Shown here: positions 54,376 to 64,000 of the stretch, piece by piece | Numbering within the stretch: the first letter of the stretch is position 1 | How the letters are laid out: the number at the start of each line of letters is the position of its first letter | Assembly: GCA_958296135.2 (NCBI GenBank) | Contig: CATQHZ020000001.1 | Coordinates: forward strand, 3,747,902-3,811,901 | Origin: an uncultured Poribacteria bacterium | GTDB lineage: Bacteria; Poribacteria; WGA-4E; WGA-3G | Direction: 5' to 3' | Length of the DNA stretch: 64,000 nucleotides | Translations under genes and position numbers: made by a program | The notes under the pieces: generated by a model | The model's database searches: none | What the model saw: only the letters and a program-made list of their open reading frames with translations | Told to the model about the DNA's origin: nothing

Positions 54376-55929
54376 TTAAATCAGCAGTTCGCTCCCGATA
54401 GGAAAAAACTGGTCTGCGATGTGTTGTAAATCCATAGAAGTGTTGTGTTCAAACGCCACCACCTCCACGCGTTTGTCCTGTTGTTTGATGAGCTCTGCGA
54501 GCGGGCAAAAGTCACCGTCGCCACTAGCGAGTATGACGACATCCAGCGTGCCGAGCATTGAGACGACATCGACAGCGATGCCGACATCCCAATCGCCTTT
54601 CGCCGAACCGTCGCCGCGCAGACGCAAGTCCTTGCTCTTGATCGTATACCCGTTATGCTCAAGCAGTGACAGAAAGCTGGACTGATTAATCTCCGGTATC
54701 TGCACCACATAGGCATACGCAGCCTCCAAGTGCCGCGGGCCGACTATCAGGTCGAGCAGTTTGATGTAATCCACGCGTCGGGCAAACCGGTCTTTCGCGG
54801 CGTAAAACATATTCTGGACATCCACAAATACGCCAACGCGCGGCTGCTCGGAAGTCAGCGCGTGCCTGCCGGCAGCGTCCGGCGGCGTATCCAAATAGGT
54901 GAGGGTGTCGCGAATCCGTGTCAGGGCACCGCGCGTAGCATCCTGGTTTTTTTGCAACGCGTTGTAATGCGCATCAAGGCTCGTCTGCAGCTCCTCCAAT
55001 CCCTGATTGCCTTTGTAAACCGCTTCTTCAACTAACGTCAGATCCACGGCGAAGGTTTCTTTTGCTGCCTTAATTCGTTCGTATTCCTTGAGCTGGGCCG
55101 CCGTATTTTCCTGTGCGGCAAACAAGTTCTGATTCTCATACTTCAGCTGCTGCAGCTCCTCATCGGTTTGGGTATACTGCGCCTCCCGCTCGCGGAGAAT
55201 GCTGTTCTCCTGTTCAAGGACGTTCAACCGTTTCCGGTCAACTTGATACTCCTGCTCTTTGGCTTTCAACGCCTCGTTTTCCCCAAGCAGGAACGCAACA
55301 TGCTGCTCCAACCGCTTATGCTTCCTCTCCAGCGCCGTGTACTGCCCCCGCAAGTCATCCCGTTTGCGTTGGAGAAGCTCCATTTCCCGGGTCTGGTTTT
55401 CAAACTCCTGCTTCGCGCTTTCCAAACTGGAAGCGTATTCGGCTTGGATGCGTTCAATCTTCTCGGTAGTGAGCTGATTTTCGCGCTCGGTTTCGTGCGC
55501 AGCGCGAGTGTCCGCGTCGGCGTGTGAGATGTGCAGGAGGTTATAGCCGTGCGTCGCAACTGCTGTCCGCTCATCGGTTAAAAGAGCCCAAACGACTTCA
55601 GCGAATTCGCCCGCCTCGATGAGCGTTTCGGAAGTATCAAAAAACATTTTGATTTCCTCAACCTCCATATAGCCGACGCGGGCAATCGCTGCTTCCGCCT
55701 GTTCGGAAAAGAACTCGCAGACTGTATCTTCAACGGCAGCCTCGACAAAAAAGGCATCCGTTAAACTGGCCAACAATCGTCGTTTTGAGAGTGAGCAGAG
55801 CCTGTCTATGTCCGGCACAAGCCCTGAAAGGGTTACCAATTGGAAGACAGCACGCTGGTCTAGAAGCATACCGAGCAACCACGTGAACTGGCCCCGCCGT
55901 ATTTGCAATTTTGGGTTCAATTTTGACAT
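54376..55929 (-). CDS. NYN/LabA-like (PIN-fold) nuclease domain protein with a long central coiled coil
   Basis: 517 aa. C-terminal VGVFVDVQNMFYAA...GDWDVGIAVD...DVVILASGDGDFCPL...VEVVAF is the NYN pattern. Residues ~150-330 are heptad-rich (E/Q/K/L). Confidence 0.7.
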   Translation of the reverse strand: MSKLNPKLQIRRGQFTWLLGMLLDQRAVFQLVTLSGLVPDIDRLCSLSKRRLLASLTDAFFVEAAVEDTVCEFFSEQAEAAIARVGYMEVEEIKMFFDTSETLIEAGEFAEVVWALLTDERTAVATHGYNLLHISHADADTRAAHETERENQLTTEKIERIQAEYASSLESAKQEFENQTREMELLQRKRDDLRGQYTALERKHKRLEQHVAFLLGENEALKAKEQEYQVDRKRLNVLEQENSILREREAQYTQTDEELQQLKYENQNLFAAQENTAAQLKEYERIKAAKETFAVDLTLVEEAVYKGNQGLEELQTSLDAHYNALQKNQDATRGALTRIRDTLTYLDTPPDAAGRHALTSEQPRVGVFVDVQNMFYAAKDRFARRVDYIKLLDLIVGPRHLEAAYAYVVQIPEINQSSFLSLLEHNGYTIKSKDLRLRGDGSAKGDWDVGIAVDVVSMLGTLDVVILASGDGDFCPLAELIKQQDKRVEVVAFEHNTSMDLQHIADQFFPIGSELLI

Positions 55930-55969
55930 TGTTCACTTCCTCCGCATGGGAGGCGCGGATGTTCCATCG

Positions 55970-57295
55970 TTAAATTTTGATAATTTTTTCTCGGCCTTGG
56001 TGTATCCCCCGGGTTGCGTTGCGCGTATCAACGATGACTTGGGCGTGTTGCACAACTTTCTCGTAATCGATGCCGCCGTGGTCGGTGAGAATCACAACGC
56101 CATCGACACTTTCCACAAGCGCGGGGGTCAGCGGTTGAGAATAATAGGTTTTTGGCGCATCAAGAACAAAATCTGATACGTAAGGATCATGATACACGAA
56201 ATCCGCTTTTTTGTCAAGAATTAATCGGATGACTTCAATTGCAGGGGATTCTCGGATGTCGCCGATGCCTTTTTTGTAAGCGATTCCCAAGATGAGGAGT
56301 TTTGAACCGTTGAGCGGTTTCCGTTGGAGATTCAGTGCATGCGTGATTTTGTCAAGCACATATTTCGGCATCGCACCGTTAATATCACTGGCGAGTTCGA
56401 TGAAGCGCGCGTGATGATGATAGGCACGCGCCTTCCAGGAGAGATACTGCGCATCGATGGGGATGCAGTGCCCACCAGAACCGGGCCCAGGATAAAACGG
56501 CATAAACCCGAACGGTTTCGTCGCAGCAGCATCCACAATCTCCCACACATCTAACCCCATCTTATCGCAAATCAGTGCTATCTCATTGATGAACCCAATA
56601 TTGACACTGCGGAAGGTGTTTTCTAGCAGTTTGACCATCTCTGCGGCGCGCGGTGAAGAGACGGTGTGCGTTTTAGCGATAAATTGCTCGTAGAAGGCGG
56701 TAGCCATGTAAGTGCATTTCGGGGTAATGCCGCCAACAATCTTGGGAGTGTTCGTCATGAAATAGGTGCTATTGCCAGGCTCAATTCGTTCGGGTGAGAA
56801 GGCGAGGTAGAAATCGCGCCCTACCCGCGGACAATTCTGCGTTGTGCCAGATACCAGCATCGGTAGGACGATTTCTTCAGTTGTGCCGGGGTAGGTTGTG
56901 CTCTCCAGAATAATCAGCTGCTCGCGATGCAGGTAGCGCGTAATCTGCTGAACGGCGGCATGGATGAACTGCATATCCGGCGTTCGGTTCGCGTTCAGCG
57001 GCGTCGGCACGCAGATATTGACGGTATCCAATTCGCGAAGCACGGCATAATCTGTCGTCACCTGAATGCGTCCAGCCTCAATCAAATCGGCGAGGATTGG
57101 CCCGGGGACATCGGGAACGTCGGAGGTGCCGCGCTGCAACCGCGCGATTTTCTCCTCGCAGATATCAATGCCCGTGACGCAGAACCCGGCGTTCGCGATG
57201 GCCACCATGAGCGGCAGCCCGACATAGCCGAGTCCGATAACACCGGCGCAAGCGGTACGGGTTTCAATTTTCTGAAGAAGCGTTTTTTCCATCAT
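55970..57295 (-). CDS. nucleotide-sugar dehydrogenase (UDP-N-acetyl-D-mannosamine/glucosamine dehydrogenase type)
   Basis: ACAGVIGLGYVGLPL Rossmann start, GGHCIPID catalytic Cys region. The ATG overlaps the gmhB stop (ATGA). Confidence 0.8.
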   Translation of the reverse strand: MMEKTLLQKIETRTACAGVIGLGYVGLPLMVAIANAGFCVTGIDICEEKIARLQRGTSDVPDVPGPILADLIEAGRIQVTTDYAVLRELDTVNICVPTPLNANRTPDMQFIHAAVQQITRYLHREQLIILESTTYPGTTEEIVLPMLVSGTTQNCPRVGRDFYLAFSPERIEPGNSTYFMTNTPKIVGGITPKCTYMATAFYEQFIAKTHTVSSPRAAEMVKLLENTFRSVNIGFINEIALICDKMGLDVWEIVDAAATKPFGFMPFYPGPGSGGHCIPIDAQYLSWKARAYHHHARFIELASDINGAMPKYVLDKITHALNLQRKPLNGSKLLILGIAYKKGIGDIRESPAIEVIRLILDKKADFVYHDPYVSDFVLDAPKTYYSQPLTPALVESVDGVVILTDHGGIDYEKVVQHAQVIVDTRNATRGIHQGREKIIKI

Positions 57296-57897
57296 TCGCC
57301 GGTTTCCGTTAGCCAACATACTGCTGCGTAGAGGTTGGTAAAGATTTTGTCGGGTTGCGGTGTTATTGCGTTTGCATCCGCGCGCTGGGAATGAATGTAG
57401 CGACGGTAACTCTCGCGTCCATGCCCGGTTAAAACCAGTATCGTTGAGGCACCCGCGCTGTGGCCTGCCTCAATATCCGTTAGTGAATCGCCGATGAAAT
57501 ATGTTCTTGACACGTCAACGCCGTGGTCGCGGGCGGCGCGAAGTAGCATTCCCGGCTTCGGCTTTCGGCACTCGCACCCGACATCTGGATGGTGTGGGCA
57601 ATAGTAGACAGCGTGGATTTTTCCGCCGGCCGCCGCAACCTCGATAACCATCCGACGGTGGATATCCTTCAGGTTCTCCTCAGTAAAGATACTTCTCCCG
57701 ATACCCGCCTGATTGGTAATCACAATAACACGATACCCGTTTTGTGTCAAGTTTCGGATAGCCTTCCGGGCGTTTGGAATGAAGGCGAACTCTTCCCACG
57801 TTCCAGCATAACCGTAATTTGGTGGATTTTGGATGAAGGAGGACGCTTCCGACGTTTTGTTGATAACGCCGTCTCTATCCAGAAAAATCGTTTTCAT
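57292..57897 (-). CDS. gmhB: D-glycero-D-manno-heptose 1,7-bisphosphate phosphatase (HAD-IIIA)
   Basis: MKTIFLDRDGVINK (DxDG), zinc site YYCPHHPDVGCECRKP, and FIGDSLTD. Confidence 0.85.
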   Translation of the reverse strand: MKTIFLDRDGVINKTSEASSFIQNPPNYGYAGTWEEFAFIPNARKAIRNLTQNGYRVIVITNQAGIGRSIFTEENLKDIHRRMVIEVAAAGGKIHAVYYCPHHPDVGCECRKPKPGMLLRAARDHGVDVSRTYFIGDSLTDIEAGHSAGASTILVLTGHGRESYRRYIHSQRADANAITPQPDKIFTNLYAAVCWLTETGE

Positions 57898-58889
57898 CGT
57901 GCCTCAATTGCCGCTAGCAGTTCTCCCGGTGTGACAGTCGCGCACCCCATTTTCCCTACAACAATGCCGCCGGCAAGATTGGATAACTCAGCGGCACTCC
58001 GAATATCGGCGCACCGCTTGCAACCAAGTGCGAGCGCGAAAACGGCGGTGACTGTGTCACCCGCGCCCGTTACATCGGTAACCGCGCTTGATTGCGGCGG
58101 CAGATGCTCCACTTGATTGCGCTGGAAGAGCGTCATCCCTTTTTCGTCGCGCGTCACCAACACAGCGGTGACAGCGAGCCGTTCCAAAATCTGCTCACCG
58201 GCGGCAGCAAGGCTCGCCTCATCGCTCAGTTTTGTGTCGACAGCAGCACCTGCTTCTTTCTCATTCGGCGTGACAGCGGTTACGCCTTTGTAATGCCAGA
58301 AGTTATTTTTCTTCGGATCGGCGATAATCGGGATGCGCAAGGGCTTCGCCTGTTTCACGACAGCTCGAATGAGTACCGGACTGACAACTCCCTTATCGTA
58401 GTCCGCGAAGACAATCGCATCCGTTTCTGCAAGCTGTGCGGTGACAGCATCCAGCAATCGCGCCCGCTGTCGCGCGGAGATTTGATGCTTCGCCTCTTTA
58501 TCAAGACGGAGTAAATGGTGTCCCTGCCTGTTTTTTTCTGTTCCTCCGACGATGACGCGAGTTTTCGTGCTCGTCGGCCGCTGTGCATCCGTGCAGATGC
58601 CGGTGCTGCCGATACGTCTCTCGGCGAGCATCCGGCGCAGTTCTTCCGCCGCGCTGTCTTCCCCGATGACACCGATGAGTTCTGCCTCGCCGCCTAAACT
58701 GGCGATGTTCTGTGCGACATTCGCCGCGCCGCCGCAGCCTGTCGCTTCTGCAGTGATGTCAAACACCGGCACCGGTGCCTCCGGAGAAATTCGGTTGACA
58801 TCGCCCCAGAGATACGCGTCAACGATGATATCCCCGATGATGATGACTCGTTTGCCTTGAAGTTGTGCAAAAAGCGTTTTTAAGTTCAC
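57894..58889 (-). CDS. hldA: D-glycero-D-manno-heptose-7-phosphate kinase (RfaE domain I-like, PfkB family)
   Basis: 331 aa. VIIIGDIIVDAYLWGDVNRISPEAPVPV and TGAGDTV motifs. 4-nt overlap with gmhB. Confidence 0.8.
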   Translation of the reverse strand: MNLKTLFAQLQGKRVIIIGDIIVDAYLWGDVNRISPEAPVPVFDITAEATGCGGAANVAQNIASLGGEAELIGVIGEDSAAEELRRMLAERRIGSTGICTDAQRPTSTKTRVIVGGTEKNRQGHHLLRLDKEAKHQISARQRARLLDAVTAQLAETDAIVFADYDKGVVSPVLIRAVVKQAKPLRIPIIADPKKNNFWHYKGVTAVTPNEKEAGAAVDTKLSDEASLAAAGEQILERLAVTAVLVTRDEKGMTLFQRNQVEHLPPQSSAVTDVTGAGDTVTAVFALALGCKRCADIRSAAELSNLAGGIVVGKMGCATVTPGELLAAIEAR

Positions 58890-59119
58890 GAGATTATACT
58901 AACAGACATCCGCAGGTTAAAGCAAGCAGCATTTTTATTTATCGGTACTTTACGCTATTTCATTTTTTCAAGCAAGAATTATTTTTCGGCGGAAATAGAA
59001 ATCCGCCCTGACAATTCACCCGCGGATTTTGCTTGACAATTTTGATAGGATATGTTAACCTATTTTAACGTTGGAGAATGGGGATGTGAGAAGGGAGAAG
59101 GCGACGCAAAAAGAAAAAG

Positions 59120-59192
<73 letters not shown>

Positions 59193-59215
59193 ACGTTAAT
59201 AATGCGATTGTTTTA

Positions 59216-59244
59216 ATTATACCACATTTCCGTGCGAAATGCAA
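59216..59244 (-). promoter_or_regulatory. tRNA promoter TTGCAT-N17-TATAAT with a TGTGG extended -10
   Basis: Minus strand: TTGCAT (59244-59239), 17 nt ending AAATGTGG, TATAAT (59221-59216). About 24 nt upstream of the tRNA 5' end. Confidence 0.6.
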
Positions 59245-59299
59245 ATTAAATTGCACTTTTTTGCGGAAAATTATCAAAAAAACGACCGGAAGGCTCAAA

Positions 59300-60712
59300 A
59301 TGATAACGAAATCACAGATTGACACCGAAAAATTGCGGGCGAACGCGCCATTTTTCGCGCGCGTGCTCGCGGTGAACAACACGGAGCAGACGCTTCTCTT
59401 CACGCTTGAGAACCTCGGACGGCTGCCAAAAGGGTTCGATGGCGAGGTGTTCCTCCCGTTGTTCGCGCATTCAAACCCGAAAATTCGCTGTCTCGCCGTG
59501 AAAAACGTCGGGAAATTGAAAGACGAAGCGTTCTTTGAGGCAGTGTCATCGTTCGCGCGTGCCGAGAAAAACACGCTGTCTCGCCGCGAGGCAGTGTCGG
59601 CAATCGGCAGGCTCAAAACCGAGAAGGCGATTCCGGTGCTGAGTCAGTTCCTGACAGACCCGGATCCGAAGATTATCCTGCAGGCAGTGCGCGGATTGCT
59701 CTGCTTCAAGGAGCACCCAGAAGTCCAGCAGTGCTTAACGCCGCTTTGCGAACATCCCAATGAGCTCCTCCGGGAACACGTCACGCAGGCGTTGGCACCT
59801 GTTCGTGCGTCCGAAAGCATCGCGCATAGCCGGCGAAAACTCCCGCATTCTATCAGCCCCACCTTCCTGAAAAACGTGGTTGTCTGTGCGGATGTCAGTG
59901 AAGCTTTGCAAACGATTCCTGCAGAGTCAGTGCATCTCACGTTCACGTCGCCGCCCTACTACAACGCGCGCGATTACACGATTTTTGAGAGTTACGAGGC
60001 GTATCTCGAATTTCTCGTCGCCGTTTTCGCGGAGACGCATCGGATAACGAAAGAGGGAAGGTTCCTCGTGCTGAACACGTCCCCGGTCATCGTGCCGCGG
60101 ATTAGCCGCGCGCATGCGAGCAAGCGGTATGCTATCCCTTACGACATCCACCCGCGCCTCACCGAAATCGGGTGGGAGTTTATTGATGACATCACTTGGG
60201 TGAAACCGGATTATGCCGCGAAGAACCGGAACGGCGGTTTCTTTCAACACCGCAAACCGCTCGGTTACAAGGCGAATTCTGTCACCGAATCGGTTATGGT
60301 TTATCGGAAGAAAACGGACAAACTGCTCGATTGGAACATGCGGCAATATGACGCGGAAACAATTGAAGCCAGCAGAATCTTGGGCGATTATGACAAGACA
60401 AATGTCTGGCAAATCAATCCCTCAGCGGACAAAGTGCATCCGGCCGTCTTTCCGGTTGAGTTGGCGGTGCGCGTTATTCAGTTCTACTCCTTCAAAGGCG
60501 ATTTGGTGTTCGACCCGTTTGGCGGAAGCGGCACCGTTGGCCAGGCGGCAATGGCCCTGGAAAGGTATTTTCTCCTCTGTGAAAAAGAGGCAGAATACGT
60601 GGAACGCGCGATGCAACGGCTTGACGCATCCCTATTCTCCCCCGAACAGCCGCCAAGGAGCCTCTCCTTGGCAGAACTTAACACTGAAGAACGGAGAAAT
60701 CACAAACCGTGA
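59300..60712 (+). CDS. HEAT-repeat N-terminal domain fused to a beta-class (N4-C/N6-A) DNA methyltransferase
   Basis: Residues ~40-150 are HEAT/PBS-lyase-like (NPKIRCLAVKNVGKL...REAVSAIGRLKTEKAIPVLSQFLTDPDPKIILQAVRGL). Motif IV VHLTFTSPPYYNARDY comes before motif I DLVFDPFGGSGTVGQAA, which is the beta-class order. Start ATG 59300 (GGAAGG upstream); the ORF track starts at TTG 59261. Confidence 0.75.
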   Translation: MITKSQIDTEKLRANAPFFARVLAVNNTEQTLLFTLENLGRLPKGFDGEVFLPLFAHSNPKIRCLAVKNVGKLKDEAFFEAVSSFARAEKNTLSRREAVSAIGRLKTEKAIPVLSQFLTDPDPKIILQAVRGLLCFKEHPEVQQCLTPLCEHPNELLREHVTQALAPVRASESIAHSRRKLPHSISPTFLKNVVVCADVSEALQTIPAESVHLTFTSPPYYNARDYTIFESYEAYLEFLVAVFAETHRITKEGRFLVLNTSPVIVPRISRAHASKRYAIPYDIHPRLTEIGWEFIDDITWVKPDYAAKNRNGGFFQHRKPLGYKANSVTESVMVYRKKTDKLLDWNMRQYDAETIEASRILGDYDKTNVWQINPSADKVHPAVFPVELAVRVIQFYSFKGDLVFDPFGGSGTVGQAAMALERYFLLCEKEAEYVERAMQRLDASLFSPEQPPRSLSLAELNTEERRNHKP

Positions 60713-61698
60713 CTGTTACTGGAGTCGTCATTAAGAATATCATTCGCAAACTCATCGCGGGTGAAGATTACCGGTCGGAAGTCATTACCCTAATCGATGC
60801 CGAGTTCTTGCAATACGTTGTGGATTTTTTCAAACGCATTGCGCACGCCAAGTTGGAGAATCAAGCCGTAACCGCCGATTGGTATAGAAAGGAACTCCTC
60901 TGCGATGAGTCGCTGACCAAGGAGGAGGTAGCCGTCCATTCGGGCATGAACATGAAAACTATCTCCAATATGTATAACTCGGCGAGCAAGAAAATCGTGC
61001 TAGAAGCATCGTTGGAACACTACGATGCGCTTTACAACGCGATTCATAACCTCACCGAGCAGGACGACGTTGACATAACGTTAACCATAAAACTTCGTCA
61101 CGTAAGCGTTGACCTGAGTCTTAACGAAAGTTTGGTTGTCATCAACACGCTGGCAGTCAAACGTTCGGCACTTCGCGGCGGATTATGGAGCACTGCCGGG
61201 AAACAGGTTGAAAAACCTCTGATGGCAACGCTTTGTGCCCTTTTCCAAGTGCCGAGAAGGTTCTTCGATCAGAGCAATCTTCCGGATTCATTGCGTGAAG
61301 CGGATTTTTATCTTCTCGATGAGACCGGCACGCGGCACCGCTGTGAGGTGAAACTCATGGGAAAAGGTAACCCTGAAAGTGCAGACGTGGTTTACGCGCG
61401 CGGCAGCCGTGTGTTGGTTGCCAACAAACTCTCTGACGCAAACAAAGCGCAGATGGCATCAAATGACATCCTTTGGGTCGAACTCCAAGCAATCCACGGT
61501 TATCAGCGATTTGAGCAGGTGCTCAAGGCACTTTCTATTCCGTGTCGCCCGTTTACCGGAGAACTGCAACCAGCGTTGGATAAAATTTTGCCTGTCATAC
61601 TCTCCGATGACGTGCAGGCCTCCGTCACGCCAGAGGCAATTCTACAAGAACAGGAGCAAGGGCTGAATCACCTTTCAGAACTATTGGTTAAATTGTAA
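60709..61698 (+). CDS. putative Type II restriction endonuclease (PD-(D/E)xK-like) coupled to the methyltransferase
   Basis: The GTG start overlaps the MTase stop (GTGA). Candidate catalytic motif READFYLLDETGTRHRCEVKLMGKG (D...ExK). An HTH-like segment EEVAVHSGMNMKTISNMY lies in the N-terminal half. The family was not recognised. Confidence 0.45.
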   Translation: MTVTGVVIKNIIRKLIAGEDYRSEVITLIDAEFLQYVVDFFKRIAHAKLENQAVTADWYRKELLCDESLTKEEVAVHSGMNMKTISNMYNSASKKIVLEASLEHYDALYNAIHNLTEQDDVDITLTIKLRHVSVDLSLNESLVVINTLAVKRSALRGGLWSTAGKQVEKPLMATLCALFQVPRRFFDQSNLPDSLREADFYLLDETGTRHRCEVKLMGKGNPESADVVYARGSRVLVANKLSDANKAQMASNDILWVELQAIHGYQRFEQVLKALSIPCRPFTGELQPALDKILPVILSDDVQASVTPEAILQEQEQGLNHLSELLVKL

Positions 61699-62411
61699 TG
61701 AAAATCTTAGGTATTGACACCGCAACCCCTATCGGAAGCGTCGCCTTAATTGATGGCGAAAGCCTCATCGCAGAGCATACGCTCAATATCGTGCAAGCGC
61801 ACTCCTCGCGACTCATGCCTGCGATTGACACCGTCCTCAAATGGGGCGACATCACCGCGGCGGAACTCGACGGATGCGCCGTCGGCATCGGACCGGGTTC
61901 CTTCACCGGCATCCGCATCGGCATCGCAACAATCAAATCGCTCTGTTACGCACTTGATAAACCGATTGTCGGCGTTTCAACGCTAGAATCCATCGCCTAT
62001 AACCTGCGCTGGACTGAAGGCATCATCTGCCCAATACTCGATGCACGACGGAACGAGATTTACGGGGCTATCTTCCGCGGTGGAGACAAATGGCAACGCC
62101 TCAGCGATGATTGCTGTGTAACGGTTGCGTCATTTCTTGCGGAATTTAGCAAGACTAGAAGGGTTCTCCTATCGGAAATCGAGACCGGGGGGACGCACCT
62201 ACTGCCGTGCACCTTCGTTGGCGATGGACTGGAGATTTATGCGGATGCGGTGCAGGCGGTACTAGGCGAAGAAATCCGCTTCGCCGATGCAATTTTCAAT
62301 GTGCCGCGCGGTGCGACAGTCGCACACCTCGGCGCGCAACGCTTACAAAATGGGGACAGCGATAGTTATTGGACTTTAGTGCCGAACTATGTTAGAATAG
62401 GGCTCTATTGA
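61698..62411 (+). CDS. tsaB: tRNA threonylcarbamoyladenosine biosynthesis protein TsaB
   Basis: MKILGIDTATPIGSVALIDGE..., GIGPGSFTGIRIGIATIKSL, 237 aa. Confidence 0.85.
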   Translation: MKILGIDTATPIGSVALIDGESLIAEHTLNIVQAHSSRLMPAIDTVLKWGDITAAELDGCAVGIGPGSFTGIRIGIATIKSLCYALDKPIVGVSTLESIAYNLRWTEGIICPILDARRNEIYGAIFRGGDKWQRLSDDCCVTVASFLAEFSKTRRVLLSEIETGGTHLLPCTFVGDGLEIYADAVQAVLGEEIRFADAIFNVPRGATVAHLGAQRLQNGDSDSYWTLVPNYVRIGLY

Positions 62412-62425
62412 GGAGGGAAACTACC

Positions 62426-64000
62426 TTGTTTAAGGATTATCTCAGAGAAATAGAGCAGAAATGGCACAGCGGCCGCGCAACCGAACATACCTATCGCTCG
62501 AATCTGGAGCGGTTGCTCACCGATTTTCTGAAATCCGATGAGTATACCGTAATCAACGAACCGACGCACCTCGGGCGCAACGCACCGGACATGCTCATCC
62601 TCAAGAATCAGCAACCAGTCGGCTACATTGAGGCGAAAAATATTGGGGCTAACCTTGACAAAGTTGAGGAAACAGAGCAGCTCCAACGCTACCGAAACGG
62701 GTTGGAAAACCTGATTCTGACAGATTACCTCGAATTCCGCCTGTATCGCCAGAGCAAGAAGCACCAAAGCGTTCGGCTTGGTGATGTCTCGTCGCAGCGG
62801 CACTTTCAGTATCTTCCTGAAAACGAATCCGACATCAGGGATTTGCTGAACGCCTTCATCTACGGACATCAACCTGTCGTCGTCATCAGTCCGGAAGATT
62901 TGGCGGCGCGGCTGAGTCAGAAGGCACTTCTCCTTCGCTACGGGATAAGCCGTATCCTAGAGAACGACAACGCCTCAAAACTCGGCGAACTCTTCGCGGC
63001 GTTCAAAGAGCATCTGGTTGAAGGGCTATCTCCATCGCAATTCGCGGACATGATAGCCCAAACGATGACTTACGGCCTGTTCGCCGCCCGCGCCGAACAC
63101 AAAAGCGGGCCGTTTACGCGAGAGAGTGCCGTGAAAGGTTTCTTGAAAACCAGTCCCTTCCTGCACGCAATTTTCACGCGTGCCGATAAGGGGCTCCAGG
63201 AAGATGCAAACCTGCTTTCACAAGAAATCCTGCTTGACGCGGATCTGAATTGGATTGTGGATGACTTGGTTGCATTCCTTGAGGCAAGCGATATCCATAA
63301 CCTCCTTAAGGGTGTTGCCCAAGGCGATGCCATTGTTCATTTTTATGAGACATTCTTAAGGGCATATAATCCGAACGAAAAGAAGTTGCGCGGGGTATAC
63401 TACACGCCGGATGCGGTTGTCTCTTACATTGTGCGCAGCGTCCACCAGATTTTGCAGAGAGACTTCGGTATTCCGAATGGGCTCGCCGCCACCGAAACCG
63501 TCGCGCAACACAGCGGCGCAGCGCGAACCCAACCGCGGGTAACAATTCTCGACCCGGCCACCGGCACCGGCACCTTCTTACGGCACGTCGTTGACAAGGT
63601 GCATGATGTCTACATAACCGCGCAAGGCAATTCTCCGCAAACCTGGCCCGATTACGTTCGGAAACATCTCCTGCCGCGCCTCTTCGGTTTTGAACTGATG
63701 GTAGCACCGTATGCGATGTGTCACCTCAGTTTAACGCAGCACCTTGTCAGAATGGGTTACCACTTTACGGAAGACGAACGGCTGCATGTTTATCTCACCA
63801 ATACGCTGGACGAACGTGACTTGCAGCTCTATCTCGCTGAGGAGAACGCAATCGCGAAAGAGGGCGATGCCGCCATCAAAATTAAGAAGTTATATCAACT
63901 GATGGTTATCCTTGGCAACCCGCCTTATGCTGTCCACTCGGCAAACAAAAGCGATTGGATTCACAACCTGCTGCGCGGTTTCGATGGTAGCGACACTGAG
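62426..64000 (+). CDS. PD-(D/E)xK nuclease::N6-adenine DNA methyltransferase fusion (Type IIG/Eco57I-like), 5' part; runs off the right edge
   Basis: Absent from the ORF track. TTG 62426 follows RBS AGGAGGG by 8 nt, and the frame is open for 525 codons to the window end. My translation: ...HTYRSNLERLL...APDMLILKNQQPVGYIEAKNIG (PD...EAK); HFYETFLRAYNPNEKKLRGVYYTPDAVVSYIV; motif I ILDPATGTGTFL; motif IV ILGNPPYAVHS. Confidence 0.8.
   Translation, partial: MFKDYLREIEQKWHSGRATEHTYRSNLERLLTDFLKSDEYTVINEPTHLGRNAPDMLILKNQQPVGYIEAKNIGANLDKVEETEQLQRYRNGLENLILTDYLEFRLYRQSKKHQSVRLGDVSSQRHFQYLPENESDIRDLLNAFIYGHQPVVVISPEDLAARLSQKALLLRYGISRILENDNASKLGELFAAFKEHLVEGLSPSQFADMIAQTMTYGLFAARAEHKSGPFTRESAVKGFLKTSPFLHAIFTRADKGLQEDANLLSQEILLDADLNWIVDDLVAFLEASDIHNLLKGVAQGDAIVHFYETFLRAYNPNEKKLRGVYYTPDAVVSYIVRSVHQILQRDFGIPNGLAATETVAQHSGAARTQPRVTILDPATGTGTFLRHVVDKVHDVYITAQGNSPQTWPDYVRKHLLPRLFGFELMVAPYAMCHLSLTQHLVRMGYHFTEDERLHVYLTNTLDERDLQLYLAEENAIAKEGDAAIKIKKLYQLMVILGNPPYAVHSANKSDWIHNLLRGFDGSDTE

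Noticed and set aside
62405-62872. 155-aa minus-strand ORF.
   Set aside because: It is antisense to the 525-codon open frame with PD...EAK, DPATGTGTF and NPPY motifs.
62426-64000. Calling the terminal gene BREX pglX.
   Set aside because: The FYETFL/GVYYTP and NPPY motifs are shared by many Type IIG/Eco57I-like enzymes. The N-terminal PD...EAK nuclease-like motif argues for a Type IIG fusion, and no brx/pglZ genes are in the window.

Overview
This is a 64-kb chromosomal segment from a mid-GC bacterium. No phylum-diagnostic gene is present. The secreted YWTD-propeller, LamG, HEAT/TPR and Por-tail-type proteins hint at an uncultivated environmental or host-associated lineage (low confidence). 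I call about 48 protein genes and one tRNA-Ala(GGC), with no rRNA and no CRISPR array. Housekeeping genes are topA, ftsE/ftsX, polX, accD, msrA, tsaB, a cysteine desulfurase, an AMP-dependent synthetase, UDP-glucose dehydrogenase, the heptose genes hldA-gmhB and a nucleotide-sugar dehydrogenase. Accessory content: (1) A minus-strand ATP-grasp / alpha-E / transglutaminase cassette spans 1-15691. It has both split and fused gene versions. It is interrupted by a decayed TnpB element (12765-14216) and by a 4.7-kb plus-strand insert carrying a nuclease-methyltransferase fusion. (2) There are four DNA methyltransferase genes: two PD-ExK::N6-MTase fusions (3881-6991 and 62426->64000), a small orphan MTase (27175-28074), and a HEAT-repeat::beta-class MTase coupled to a putative endonuclease next to tRNA-Ala (59300-61698). 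(3) A higB toxin gene is followed by a protein with a HigA-like N-terminus in which TPR repeats replace the HTH domain. (4) An NYN-nuclease/coiled-coil gene is paired with an M23 peptidase gene. The most pervasive signal is non-coding. Roughly half of the intergenic regions are filled with several families of hairpin repeats that start with GTAG (or GTAA), often in tandem arrays with periods of 39, 46, 60, 74, 79 and 92 bp. The GTAG of these repeats supplies the TAG stop codon of five genes. Near-perfect copies lie in frame inside two housekeeping genes, and one appears to encode the N-terminus of a lipoprotein. All protein-family assignments come from motif recognition by eye, and no database search was run. 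Repeat coordinates are approximate to a few bases.
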